From positions 23,522,184 through 23,560,872 of the forward strand of contig NC_068986.1 of assembly GCF_001194135.2 (NCBI RefSeq): 38,689 nt of DNA. Direction: 5' to 3'. The notes below the pieces were generated by a model. The model saw only the letters and a program-made list of their open reading frames with translations, ran no database searches and had not been told where the DNA came from. A program made the position numbers and the translations under genes. Source of the stretch: Octopus bimaculoides. Its lineage: Eukaryota. The number at the start of each line of letters is the position of its first letter. Position 1 is the first letter of the stretch. Below, piece by piece: positions 21,798 to 33,420 of this stretch.

Positions 21798-22530
21798 CAG
21801 AGGATGCGGTGAATAAGGCCTCGTCTAAATTACGCGAAAATGAAAATAACACTGACATCTCATTTTAACAGATATATTTATCAAAATTATATAAATATAA
21901 CTTGAAATAATATAGAGTAAATTTATTCAATAAAATCGTCATTGGCTTCAACTACAGCATCCAGACGACTTCGGAATCTTCTGCAACTCTTCTGGACGTT
22001 CTCATTGTTTAAGTTGGTGAATGCTGCCATAATCCTTGCCTTCAGTTCATGGTTGGTGTTACAAGGAGTTTTGTTGATCTCTCGCTCAATTACCCACCCC
22101 ACCACCACATAATATCAAAGGGGGTTGCAGTCTGGTGAGTTAGGTGGTCAGATGTTACAGGTGATGTGGTCGCAGAAATTCTTTGACAGCCATGACTGGG
22201 TTCACCTGCTTATGTGGCATGGTGACGAGTCCTTTTGCAAGACATACGGTCTTCCAGCAGCCACTCTCTTGACCCAAGACAGTACCACCTCCTTCAGGCA
22301 CTTGATGTAGGCCTCCGTGTTGAGTTTGAGGCCGTGCGGGAAAATAAATGGAGGCGTAACGTCGCTATCACTAGTGATCACTCCAAACGCCATGATGTTG
22401 ACTGGATGTTTGATTTTTATCAATTTTTGGGGACATGGCAAGTCAAAGGTGTGTTCACCATCTAATTCTGGCAGAAATTTTTCTAGTCTGAGAAAAACTA
22501 AAGTATGTTTGGTTGGTGGGGATCGTAGCG
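21798..22530 (-). mobile_element. Tc1/mariner transposon, maT (DD37D)-type, decayed transposase and right end
   Basis: FFSD*KNFCQ (D1), QKDSSPCH (D2), *PPNSPDCNPL* (D3 position mutated to a stop) with 37 residues between D2 and D3. C-terminus ...FRSRLDAVVEANDDFIE*. The terminus follows TA in a (TA)n tract. Confidence 0.85.
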
Positions 22531-22829
22531 NNNNNNNNNNNNNNNNNNNNNNNNNNNNNNNNNNNNNNNNNNNNNNNNNNNNNNNNNNNNNNNNNNNNNN
22601 NNNNNNNNNNNNNNNNNNNNNNNNNNNNNNNNNNNNNNNNNNNNNNNNNNNNNNNNNNNNNNNNNNNNNNNNNNNNNNNNNNNNNNNNNNNNNNNNNNNN
22701 NNNNNNNNNNNNNNNNNNNNNNNNNNNNNNNNNNNNNNNNNNNNNNNNNNNNNNNNNNNNNNNNNNNNNNNNNNNNNNNNNNNNNNNNNNNNNNNNNNNN
22801 NNNNNNNNNNNNNNNNNNNNNNNNNNNNN

Positions 22830-22866
<37 letters not shown>

Positions 22867-23599
22867 GCAAACATCATACGTACAGACGCGCAAACATATA
22901 GTTTTCCTGTTATCGTGTATACTCAATGCAGAAAGAAAATTCCTGAACAAGCAAATTCATTGCAAGAAAGACTTCCGTCATCTTCTATTACCATCAATGC
23001 CTGTAGCAATATTACTCTGACCTCCAACCAATGTTTCGTAACGTATATGCGCTAACAATTGAACGATATATAATACATAACAATTGAAAGACTAATAGTA
23101 TATAACAGCTGAACCATATACAATAGTTTTCCTTACTCTGATATCAATGCTATACATACAGCTTACACTGACAAACAAAATTTTTATTGCATTGATACCA
23201 ACAATTGTATTACCTAATTTCAGTATGCTGAATTCAAATATGAAGTTAGTTTATCTCTGTAAGCTCTAGATGTTTTGCAATTAAGTTTTTTTTTATATAT
23301 TTTCCAAGTTTCGAATATTTCCCGAGATATGTTGCAATCCATCTGATAATTTTCTCGTAATACTATCTTCAGACTTGATGGAAAAGAAGTAATATCTATG
23401 CATTGAGATTCTAACTTTATTCTTATATACGAGTTAGTACACCACAATAAGAATGAAGCTATAAAAATAAATGTTATCATTTGCTGTTTTTTTTCGCCAT
23501 CTGCTTTTAAGATGAAAATATATATTATAAAGAAATTACAGGTGTGCATAGTTGAGAAACTGATGAGAATGGAAGATAAAACACATATAGATCTTATTT

Positions 23600-24045
23600 A
23601 TGTAAGAATTTGTGTTTGGAGCTCTTGTATTTGTAGACTTTCTTAGGGAAATCTCATTTAATGTTCCAACAGTAATCCGCCATCATGTTTTCGTCCCGTC
23701 TTCCTTGATAACGCTCTTCCGTGGTTCTGTAGACTTAGTGGAGGTGCTTTTCTTGTTCATTTCTTACATCTCCAAGGTTTTCAGGGAATTGATCGAGGTG
23801 ACAATGCAAGAAATAGAGTTTAACACTCATGTTACACCCAAGATCATGGGACGCCAACAGTATACTATTTAAAGAATTTCTTAGTCATCCACTTTATTGT
23901 TTCCTAGAAAAATTTTTATGACTGTTACGAGTGACAGCCATGCTGTCCTCTCTTTGTCATTTATCTTTCCGACAAATTCATCATCACGTACAAGGGCACG
24001 GATCTGAAGTCCGTCAAATACACCTGCTTTGATCTTCTCAAATCA
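23600..24045 (-). mobile_element. DNA transposase C-terminal fragment, Chapaev3-like (CMC)
   Basis: EKIKAGVFDGLQIRALVRDDEF...AWLSLVTVIKIFLGNNK, then LGCNMSVKLYFLHCHLDQFPENLGDVRNEQEKHLH*...EERYQGRRDENMMADYCWNIK. The transposase origin is clear; the superfamily name is from memory. Confidence 0.75.
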
Positions 24046-24184
24046 CAAATTCATGCAACAGAAATAAAAGAATTGTCGTCTAGTGTTATTATTGCAATTA
24101 ACAGCAATGCTTTCGTGTATTTGTTGGAATATTCATTTTCCTTAACATACACACAAGCTTTCAAACTTATAATGGTTACAAACT

Positions 24185-24388
24185 TTGGTAAAAGGACAGC
24201 AATTTTTCAAGGAGGAGTAAGTTGATTACATCAACCTCAATGTTTAACTAGTATACATTTTGTTGACCCCAGAGGGGTAAAAGCACAGTTGGCTTCGCCG
24301 GAATTTGAACCCAGGTTGCAAAGAGCTGTAAGAAAGGCTGTGAAGCACTTTGTTTAACTCGCTAACGATTCTACCAGCTCACCGTCTT
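24185..24388 (-). mobile_element. SINE family B, degraded
   Basis: gccggaatttgaac...cgctaacgattctaccagctcaccg is the reverse complement of the family B head. Confidence 0.75.
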
Positions 24389-25477
24389 AGCTTTTCAAAT
24401 CCAAGAGTTGCAAACTGGTTTAGAAGTTCACTTAGAAACCAGCAAACTGTGAGGCCCAGTAGGTGAATGTTCACAAAAGTGAAAAGATACCGAAGGATAG
24501 CCATCGTTAGGGTACATGAACAACAAGACTAAATATCCCAAAGATGAGAATCAGATAGACGAAGACTTGAAAGGTAGTTACCAGACGAAAGAAAATAATG
24601 CTACGTAGTTTATATACTACTTATACAGCAAAAGAAAACCGACACATGTAACAAAGGAAGAAATCACTATACTATGATTGCGTTAAATAAAATCATGAAG
24701 ACAGTTTCCAAAAATATATATCAATACACAATTTCCAGGTGTCAACAAGAGAAATAAAAATGAAAAAGATGGATGCTTACGCGTTTGAGGTTCATTGCAA
24801 AATCGTGGTAAAAGAAAAGGAATTCTGGCACATTCAAAATAAAGATTTTGTTTGATTTATGATATTATAATGAACTGATGGTGGCGGCTCTGATTCCAAA
24901 ATCAGCAGCACTAGTGAGGAATTTTTAACTGGAGCTATTGTGAAGGAAGTTAATTTTGGCTCTTAGGTTACGGTTTATATCTCAGCTTTCGCTTTTACTA
25001 CATCATCACTAGCAAGCACGATAGCCAATGATTCCAATAGGGGACGTGTATACACCCATGGATTTCCTGATTTTTCATCGGTAAGATTCAAATAATGAAT
25101 ATTTCTCACAAGCCCATTGGCTAATCGTAACTCTAGCACCTGTTCTGGTACTCTTATTCCATATATCACTGGCGGGGATGAATCGCTGCTATATCTAGCG
25201 TGCGAGCGCCCATCGTTGATAAGACCAAGGAAAGTTGAAATCACTTGATCTGATGGTCTCGGTGCTGGAGGTGGCGGGATTTACTTCCTCGCTAGCGATG
25301 TAGACAAGAGTGCATTTTGCCTATATGAGAGTTTCTCTCATGGTATCTACTACAGTATAGCTTATTCTAATAGAACATCGACATTTAAGCTGGGACAAAT
25401 ATTACCTCTCGACATTAATACTGCCTCTGTCGCTAATAAATGTTTTATCAAATATAATGTAATCTCACGCTTTGATT

Positions 25478-25862
25478 GATGAAGCACGACCTTGAAGAGT
25501 TTAGTTGAAGAAATCGCCCCCAAGTGTTTTTAAAAGTCTGGTACCTATTCTATCGGTCACTTTTGGCAAACCACAAAGTTAGGGAGCGTAAATAAACCAG
25601 TACCAATTGTCACGTGGTGCGTAGGACAATCAGAAAGAAACAAACATACACAACACACACACATACACACATATGTATATATATGCGTGCATGTATGAAG
25701 GTTTATGATGAGGTTCCACACAGTTTCTGTTAATCAAATTCACTCACAAGGCATTGATTAATGTAGAAGACAATTGCTCGAGGTGCCGTGCAATTGGCCT
25801 GAGCCCAAAAGCACGTGGTTGCAAAGCGTCGTACTTCTTAACACCACAACCATGACTGCGCC
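25478..25862 (-). mobile_element. SINE family C, degraded full-length copy
   Basis: Head (accacaaccatgactgcgcc), CORE-like gaggtgccgtgca, internal (CA)n and 3' tattctatcggtc all match the reverse complement of family C. Confidence 0.75.
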
Positions 25863-25974
25863 TTTTTTATGACACAGCATATGACCCAGATCAGAGGATG
25901 TCAATATTCCCAGTTCATCATAGAAATATCCCAAAATTACTTCAGGTCATGGCGTTATCAGATAATGCGCTTGT

Positions 25975-26190
25975 CTATGTGCCTGTATCTTTGTGCCTGT
26001 CACTAACACTTGACAACCGATGCTGGTTTGTTTACATCACTGTAACTTAGCATTTCGGCAAAAAGAAACAATAGAACAAATATCAGATTAAAAAAAAAAT
26101 AACATAGGTACTGGAATCGATTTGTTCGATAAAATCCCTCCAGAGTGGTTCTCTAGTATGACTGCAGTCCAATGATTGAAGTAGGTAAAG
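25975..26190 (+). mobile_element. SINE family C, 3' half
   Basis: cttgacaaccgatgctggtttgtttac...gtaacttagc.ttcggcaaaaaga...gactgcagtccaatgattgaa. Confidence 0.75.
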
Positions 26191-26299
26191 TATAAAATTA
26201 GACCAAATGATAAATGATAGAACATAGAATGAGATGTAAACAGTATAACCTCAAACTGCAGAATTAGCAAAACATATAGAAAAAAAAAGCGCTAAAACC

Positions 26300-26950
26300 T
26301 AAATGATTGACTAGCTTCGCACAATACAGAAGTAGGAAAATATTAAAATAAGAGTGACGAAACATTGAGAAGACGTAATATAGGCAAAGACGAAGCGACA
26401 TAAAAATCAGCTGACTATGAAGGTGAGATATTTTATAACTGAGAAAAATGACTTCACAATAGATCAAAGAATGATGTAAGAAAACGAAAACAAAAGTGGG
26501 TCCAAAGCATGAATCATAAACGAAACGTCAAACAAAAGCAAAACAACATTGCATAAGATGGACACAAGAAACAATACATAAGATGAAGACAACCGTAGAA
26601 GACGACAAAAGAAGAATGCGACTAAGAATAAAACAACACTAAGAAATAAGCTATGAGTAAAGCAAAATTAGAAGAATTCAGTTCTGTGATAAGATAACCA
26701 AGAATGGAGAACAAACTTCATAAGACAGGAAGATAAGCACAATGTAATATCACAGTGGAATATATAAGAAAGAAAAGTAAAACAGAGTGAAAGAATGAAA
26801 CAGAAATACGTATAACGACATAAACAGAAAAAGAAAAGATGAATGAAGACAAAACAAAAAGACCAACCGTGAAGACAAGCAAAGGCCATCAGAGATGAAA
26901 CAACTATGGAAGTTATCGACAGAAAAATAATAAGACAAATAATATACAAC
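26300..26950 (+). mobile_element. Possible very old LINE (RTE-like) ORF remnant, A-rich sense strand
   Basis: Strong A-skew, and WTQETIHKMK...VKE*NRNTYNDINRK loosely resembles the endonuclease-RT linker. Many stops. Confidence 0.3.
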
Positions 26951-27491
26951 AATATTTATAGGTGAAGAATGACAACAATAAAATTAGAAGAATTTACTTC
27001 AAATACCAATGAATTATAAAGTTACAAGACAGCTAAATATATAGAACTAATGCATGTAATTTAGGCATTAGGTCATCAAATTTGAAGGGAGGGGCTTAGT
27101 CAACGCCATAGACCTCAATAGTTAATTGGTACGTTATTTTGTCACTCCTGTATACTCCCCCATCCCTCATAAAAAATATGGAAGATCGTCGATAATGTCG
27201 CTTCAAACTTCAAATGATTACAAAATTGCAGGTTTTTTTCTGAGTCGCAAATATTGAAGCAACCAACAATATTACTTAACGGAGGTCACGAATACTGTTT
27301 AAATACTCCCACTGAAAGAGGTTTCTTCTGCATAATTTCTAGACCACTGAACTTCAACTATTTTTTTTTCTATGGATCCCTTTGTTTCCTATTTTACTTA
27401 GGTGGAATCCTATAGCCAATCGGTTTTTAAAAATATCTTAAAGAAGAGCAAAGACTTCCATGGGATTACATCTAGAAAGTTCCTCTCCGAG

Positions 27492-27720
27492 GCACAAGTC
27501 CCGGCAAGGTTGTTTACGGAGGACTAGCAGTCGCCCATGTATACCAGCCTCTCCACGCTACCGATGTTATCCAAGAGAAAGGCAAAGGCCGATAGAGCTG
27601 AGTGATCTGGAGCAACGTGAAATAAAGTGTTCTTGCTCAAGAACACAACACAGCTCGGTCCGATTATCGAACGCAAAACCTCATGCTTGTGAGCCCGACG
27701 CTGTAACCATTTAGCCATGC
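27492..27720 (-). mobile_element. tRNA-headed CORE-like SINE, internally deleted
   Basis: Reverse complement: gcatggctaaatggtta...gttcgataatc...ttgtgttcttgagcaagaacactttatttcacgttgctccag.tcactcagct. Confidence 0.75.
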
Positions 27721-28870
27721 GATACTTTTATAATTAAATATTGATAATTGTATAGATTTTTAAAAAACATTTTGTGTATTGTAGAAGAACAACCAATTTA
27801 TTGTGTATATATTATAGCAACATTCCCAAGAGTCATATGGACCCCGGTCGTGAACCACGATAGACGATAGAAAGACCAATATCTATTGATTCAAATCCAT
27901 AGACTTTATATCTAACGAATATTGCAAAATAGTTACAATTTGCAGGAACATAGGCCTGCATTAAGTAGATTCCCTTACATCTTATCTGTTATATCATATT
28001 AATGCACAAGCTCTGCTTTGATCTGAAACGTATTCGAACACGTGGTCTACTTTGGCCAATGAAAATCGACCTTCTTCAGGATATAATATCTGACTGAATA
28101 GAAGTATACCATACATAAGTGAAACCCAGTGTAACTGGAATGAATCAATAATTGAACATCAATACGTATATACATGTCTGCGTATGTGTGTGTGTGTGTA
28201 TGTGTGTGAGCGTTTTTACATATATATAAATACATACGATGATTGTATCTATGTATCAAAGTATTTCACCTCAAACTAAACCCTTCCCCACTCCTAAATC
28301 ACATGTTATGGGGAATACTTTATATGTAGGTTTAAAAGGGAGGTTATTGAAGACCAGTTGTATGTAGGTGCTACAGGAATATAGGATATATCGTTTTAAT
28401 CGCTCCAAGCACAATACACTTGAGTTGAATGAGATTAATGTTTAGATTTCGAGATAAATCATTCGTCTGGTAGTTTCTTTATCCTTTCGAGTCGGTATTC
28501 ATGTGCAGCTTTCGTCTATATTTAATCACAGCCTTACCTAAATACTTCCAATGAAATGAAATATAGTCGAAATAACCGACTCTCTTTGCATCATCAAATG
28601 ACTTCATTCTTTATTCGGATGTCAGTGTCACGACAATAAAGGATTTAAAATTTCAGAAAAGCAAGGTTATTATCTGTTGAAAGACAGCTGCTACTCTGTA
28701 CTAGTCCACCACGAATATTTGAATGTATACAATCAATATATCTGTGAACCAGCAGATACAGGCATACGAATATTATGCACGAAATCACAATGCCATACAC
28801 ATTAAAACTCTCATTTCTACATCCGTAAATGTGCCAAACAACACCCTATACATACATATCTTTACAGAAA

Positions 28871-29202
28871 GGTGAAAGCGCGTGGCTTAGTGGTTAGGGT
28901 ATTCAGCTCCCAATCGTAAGGACGTGAGTTCGATTCCTGGCGGTGCGTTGTGTCTTTGAGCAAGACATCTCATGTCACGTTGCTCAAGTCCACTCAGCTG
29001 GCAAAAAATGGGTGGCACCTGTATTTCAAAGGGCCGAGCTTGTCACATTCTGTGTCACGCTGAATCTCTCTTGAGAACTACTACGTTAGGGGGCACGTGT
29101 GACTGTGGAGTGCTCAGCCACTTGTCTGTTAATTTCACGAGCTTGCTGTTCCGTTGATCGGATCAACTGGAACACTCGTCGTCGTAACCGAAGGAGATCC
29201 TA
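28871..29202 (+). mobile_element. tRNA-headed CORE-like SINE carrying the family A 3' tail, with 8-bp TSD
   Basis: Head gcgcgtggcttagtggttaggg...gagttcgattcc, CORE-like ttgtgtctttgagcaagaca, tail gtcacgctgaat...ctgttccgttgatcggatcaactggaac. tacagaaa at 28863-28870 and 29203-29210. Confidence 0.85.
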
Positions 29203-29599
29203 TACAGAAATGAAAGATCTCTGAAACATGACTTACTCTTATATCATTATTACTCAAACATAAACAAAGATCACACAAATGAGACAGCCACATACCGATA
29301 TGAAATATATTAGATACGCAATGGTTGGTTCTCTGGTGTAATAATATGATACAGGTGTAAGCATCACACCAGTATCAAATTATTGAAACGGTATATACTA
29401 TTGGATGTAAGGAATCATTTCAAGATAAATTATCAAGTAGTTATAAGTGCTGATATGGTTTTATCTTACAATTAGAAATGCAATCAATTCCTTTCTACTG
29501 TTGTTCGAATTTATAAACATATAAACTTACAACGTTTTCAAACTTCCACAAATCTGAGTTTTCTTTGGTAGTGAATAGCAGCCAGGATAGTGGATTTGC

Positions 29600-29833
29600 A
29601 AAGGCGGTGAGCTGGCAGAAACGTTAGCACGTCGAGCGAAATACTTAGCGGTATTTCATCTGCATTTATGTTTTGAGTTCAAATTCCGCCGAGGTCGACT
29701 TTGCCTTTCATCCTTTCGGGGTCGATAAATTAAGTACCAGTTACGCACTGGGGTCGATGTAATCGACTTAATCCCTTTGTCTGTCCTTGTTTGTCCCCTC
29801 TATGTTTAGCCCCTTGTGGACAATAAAGAAGTA
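29600..29833 (+). mobile_element. SINE family B, full length, with 16-bp TSD
   Basis: Head ggcggtgagctggcagaaacgttagc...gagttcaaattcc, central ctttgcctttcatcctttcggggtcgataaattaagtaccag. aggatagtggatttgc is duplicated at 29584-29599 and 29834-29849. Confidence 0.93.
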
Positions 29834-30179
29834 AGGATAGTGGATTTGCGAAAGATGGTAGTCAGTCGATGCACGTATTTTACAATATCTTATTTGATAC
29901 TTCACAGTTCTGAGTTCAGAAACTGTTGAAGCCTTTTCATACTCATTCACCTGTAATGGGTAATGAAAACAGTAATAGCAGGCTTAAGTCGATAAAATCA
30001 AGACGACTTTTCTTTTTATGTAAAACGTCACATTTGTTTGGAGGACTTGACTTTACGGGAAATAATCACAAAATACTGTGAGAAATGAAAGAGCACCGTG
30101 AAAATGAATAAAAAAAAATCTTGATGTATTCCACCAAAGAGGCTCGATATGGTTTCTCAGAACGTACTGGCAGACCACT

Positions 30180-30420
30180 TAGCCATTGAAGTTTTGAAAA
30201 GAAAAAGAGCTAACAAAAAACCACTAATAGGGGACAACAGGGAAATGAAGGTCTTTAGTGTTACTATAACCGTTTCTCGGCATCTGATTTTGGCAATGTC
30301 ATACGTTTTCTACCGACTGTTCGTACTCTATTCATGGGGGACTAACTGAAGTCTATTCGTGGTTTTTGTCTTAATAACTGATGAGGATGTCTTTTATTCC
30401 CGGCATCTGAAACAGTTTCC
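30180..30420 (+). mobile_element. Possible Penelope-like 3' remnant ending in a hammerhead-like motif
   Basis: AIEVLKRKRANKKPLIGDNRE loosely resembles a PLE C-terminus. CTGATGA-GGATGTC-loop-GGCATCT-GAAA-CAGTT lies at 30378-30417. Confidence 0.45.
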
Positions 30421-30454
30421 TTTAACCAAAATTAGTCACACGACGTTAATTGAC

Positions 30455-30550
30455 CCGAGACTATAGCAGAAGACGTTTGCATAATGTACCGCGCAGTTAG
30501 ACTGAAATGCGAAACCACGTGGCTGCAAAGCGTACTTCTCAACTACACAC
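30455..30550 (-). mobile_element. SINE family C head fragment
   Basis: gactatagcagaagac...gaaaccacgtggctgcaaagcgtacttctcaactacac is the reverse complement of the family C head. Confidence 0.65.
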
Positions 30551-30929
30551 ACACAGAAAAAAAAAAAAAACAGAAACACAACAACAACTATAACAACAAC
30601 AATTAAACAAAATTGTAGGGTACTCAATCAGGGTTGATCTGTAAGCTAAACAGCGACAGCAACAAACCAAACCGTCACACACAGCTGACAGGCGAAATCA
30701 ACAAAAGAAATTAATAGGATGCAGAGATTTTAGTATAGACAATTAGCTTTTGTAGTTGTTTGATATAGTTTGTTCAATATAACAGAGAAACCATAGTTTA
30801 AGACTGTTTACCCAGGGTTGTCGAATACTAACGAACGAATGAATATAGCCCTGTTTAGAAATAATTTAAATTTTCCTGTCCATTAACCTCATCTTTCGAA
30901 GTTTTGTATTATATTATGAGTTAGAATAG

Positions 30930-30936
30930 CTATCTT

Positions 30937-30995
<59 letters not shown>

Positions 30996-31187
30996 GTCTG
31001 TCTGTGTGTCTGCTTGTCTGTGTGTCTGTCTATCTTTCTGTCTGCATCATTGTCTGTCTGGTTGTTTCTCTGTCTACCTGTATGTTTATCTANNNNNNNN
31101 NNGGTTGTTTCTCTGTCTACTTGTATGTTTATCTACCTATCTTTTACCTTTTCTGTTTCTTTGTCTAGCTCTCCTTTTCTCATCCTG

Positions 31188-31263
<76 letters not shown>
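30930..31263. repeat. (TATC)n/(TGTC)n tetranucleotide microsatellites
   Basis: Read directly from the sequence. Confidence 0.93.
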
Positions 31264-31378
31264 CCAGCTGTAAGTATTTGGTATCTCTGTGGATACTGTC
31301 TACACACATTCACACACATATATATTAAAATGTATGTATGAATGTATGTATCTAAGTACATGTATTAATAGAGATGCG

Positions 31379-31415
<37 letters not shown>

Positions 31416-31888
31416 GAAGATTTGTGAGCGTGTGCATGCAAACACGCGCACGCATACACCGACACACACACATAGACACATAGAAAGGCATAAAATGGAA
31501 TCTATAGTACACAGCGAAACTCCATACATGTATACACGGTCACAAACATTTCAATATTCGGAAGTGAATGAAGATTGATTAAGCTGAACGATCAAAGGGA
31601 AGTTGATATTAATGAGTGATTCGAGAGGAAAGCTGTGTGGAGAGAAGTCAACATGAAAACACCACNNNNNNNNNNNNNNNNNNNNNNNNNNNNNNNNNNN
31701 NNNNNNNNNNNNNNNNNNNNNNNNNNNNNNNNNNNNNNNNNNNNNNNNNNNNNNNNNNNNNNNNNNNNNNNNNNNNNNNNNNNNNNNNNNNNNNNNNNNN
31801 NNNNNNNNNNNNNNNNNNNNNNNNNNNNNNNNNNNNNNNNNNNNNNNNNNNNNNNNNNNNNNNNNNNNNNNNNNNNNNNNNNNNNNNN

Positions 31889-31943
31889 CCTCCTCCTCCT
31901 CCTCTTCCATATTTCCATTGTCATCGTTTTTATCGTTGACCCT

Positions 31944-31980
<37 letters not shown>

Positions 31981-32110
31981 TCATTATTGGTGTTACCGTC
32001 GTCGATATGATGATGATGATGATGATGATTACGACGATGATGTTGATGATCATGATGATAATGGGATGATGATTATCATCATCATAATTATCGTCCTCAT
32101 CCACCTCCTC

Positions 32111-32162
<52 letters not shown>

Positions 32163-32195
32163 ACATTATCATCGTCACCATCACGATCATCAACA
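31889..32195. repeat. (CCT)n/(TCG)n/(GAT)n/(TCA)n trinucleotide mosaic
   Basis: Read directly from the sequence. Confidence 0.9.
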
Positions 32196-33325
32196 ACTCC
32201 ATTAAATAACTCTAGCAGATCAAAAACAAGTTATTTCAGAACCACGTTTCGTATCATTGAGATTCCGTCTGGTGAGAATGGGGATGGATCGGTGCGCGAC
32301 TGGAGTGGGGGTTTAGATAGACTTCGATGCTCAGAAACGTCACATGAAATATATTACAATATTTTGTTATAATCTCATCTGAATTTTTTTGTTCAAACAC
32401 ACTGAGGTAGACTTGGACATATGTTCCTTACGGGTGCATGATGAAACAAAATGAATAGAAAGCGTGCATCCAATGAATTCAATAAGTCATATTCCTGCTG
32501 CAGTAATTTGTGGACTAGACGGCAGCAAAGAAACCATTGCTAAAAGTTTAGGAATATTTTATATAGGAGAAAGTGACATTCCGAAGATTAAACCCGGTGA
32601 TTTGGTTTCAATCCCCGTCATAATGGATTCTTACGGCACCGACGTATTTTTGTTCTAACGGAGTTGAAGTCAAATTTTTTTTGTTTGTCAATTCTTTGTT
32701 GTAGAGTCATGCATCATGGCGTTTTGAATGAGTAAATGAAATGAGTGCAACAATATCTGTGACAGCAGTAGGGAGAGAGGTTAGTGCAGTTGGAAATAGA
32801 TTATCAAGTTATTGAGCTATCTTCTTATTGGAAACTGTTTCCAATGCTTGCAAACAGAATAGACTCCACTAATTGCACTTAGGGTCCATGTGGAGGCCTT
32901 AACCAGGAAGATGAATTAAACCTTGTGGTAATAATTACTGTTATTATTACTACTCAGTTATTTCCATCATCTCGCCAGTCAGTCGAAAACGAAACGTTTG
33001 AATGATATTTAAACATGACTAACTCCTGATCAGAAAGGTTCACGACTAATGACTGATACCATACCCTCATTCTTAGAAGAGTAAAGCGTATTTACAGTCA
33101 CTCATTTCTAGTTTTCTGTAATCAATAATCTCACCATATTGATAACCAGAATTACTACAAACCTATCACCTAAGAGCTAGTATAGACTACTAATAAGTTT
33201 TCACACAGTGTTTAAAATAAAAAACGAAACAAAACAAAACCAAAAAAGAGACAAAAAACAAAATACACCCGGGAAGATTGTCTACAGTTTTTTGTTCAAT
33301 ACGATGGGATTCTGTCAGTCCGATG

Positions 33326-33420
33326 TTCTTTTTCTATTCTAGGCACAAGACCCAAAATTTTTGGGGAGGGGCCAGTCGATTGTGTCGACCCTAGTACGCA
33401 ATTGGTACTTAATTTATCGA
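33326..33420 (-). mobile_element. SINE family B, 3' end (remainder in the gap)
   Basis: ttctattctaggcacaag...gtcgaccc.agtacgcaattggtacttaatttatcga is the reverse complement of 35960-36065. Confidence 0.85.

Noticed and set aside
23220-23549. 109-aa minus-strand ORF with a nearby TACTAAC and splice-like sites
   Set aside because: No recognisable domain, and the exon models I tried contain in-frame stops.
27401-27525. Strong acceptor-like site followed by the open frame VESYSQSVFKNILKKSKDFHGITSRKFLSE
   Set aside because: No convincing donor, the frame runs into a SINE and stops, and the peptide is not recognised.
28040-28085. Minus-strand CUGAAGA-a-GGUC...GGCC-AAA hammerhead-like string
   Set aside because: It lacks the G of the GAAA box and any stem I or III; too degenerate to call.
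28538-28608. 71-nt minus-strand exon candidate (MKSFDDAKRVGYFDYISFHWKYL, donor gtaagg)
   Set aside because: The acceptor has no polypyrimidine tract, the peptide is not recognised, and it lies next to a degraded SINE.
31061-31140. Direct repeat of about 32 bp either side of a 10-N gap
   Set aside because: Typical unmerged contig overlap with one mismatch; most likely an assembly artefact.
32827-32845. Perfect 9-bp inverted repeat attggaaac-t-gtttccaat
   Set aside because: Short palindromes of this size can occur by chance in 38 kb of AT-rich DNA, and there is no supporting context.
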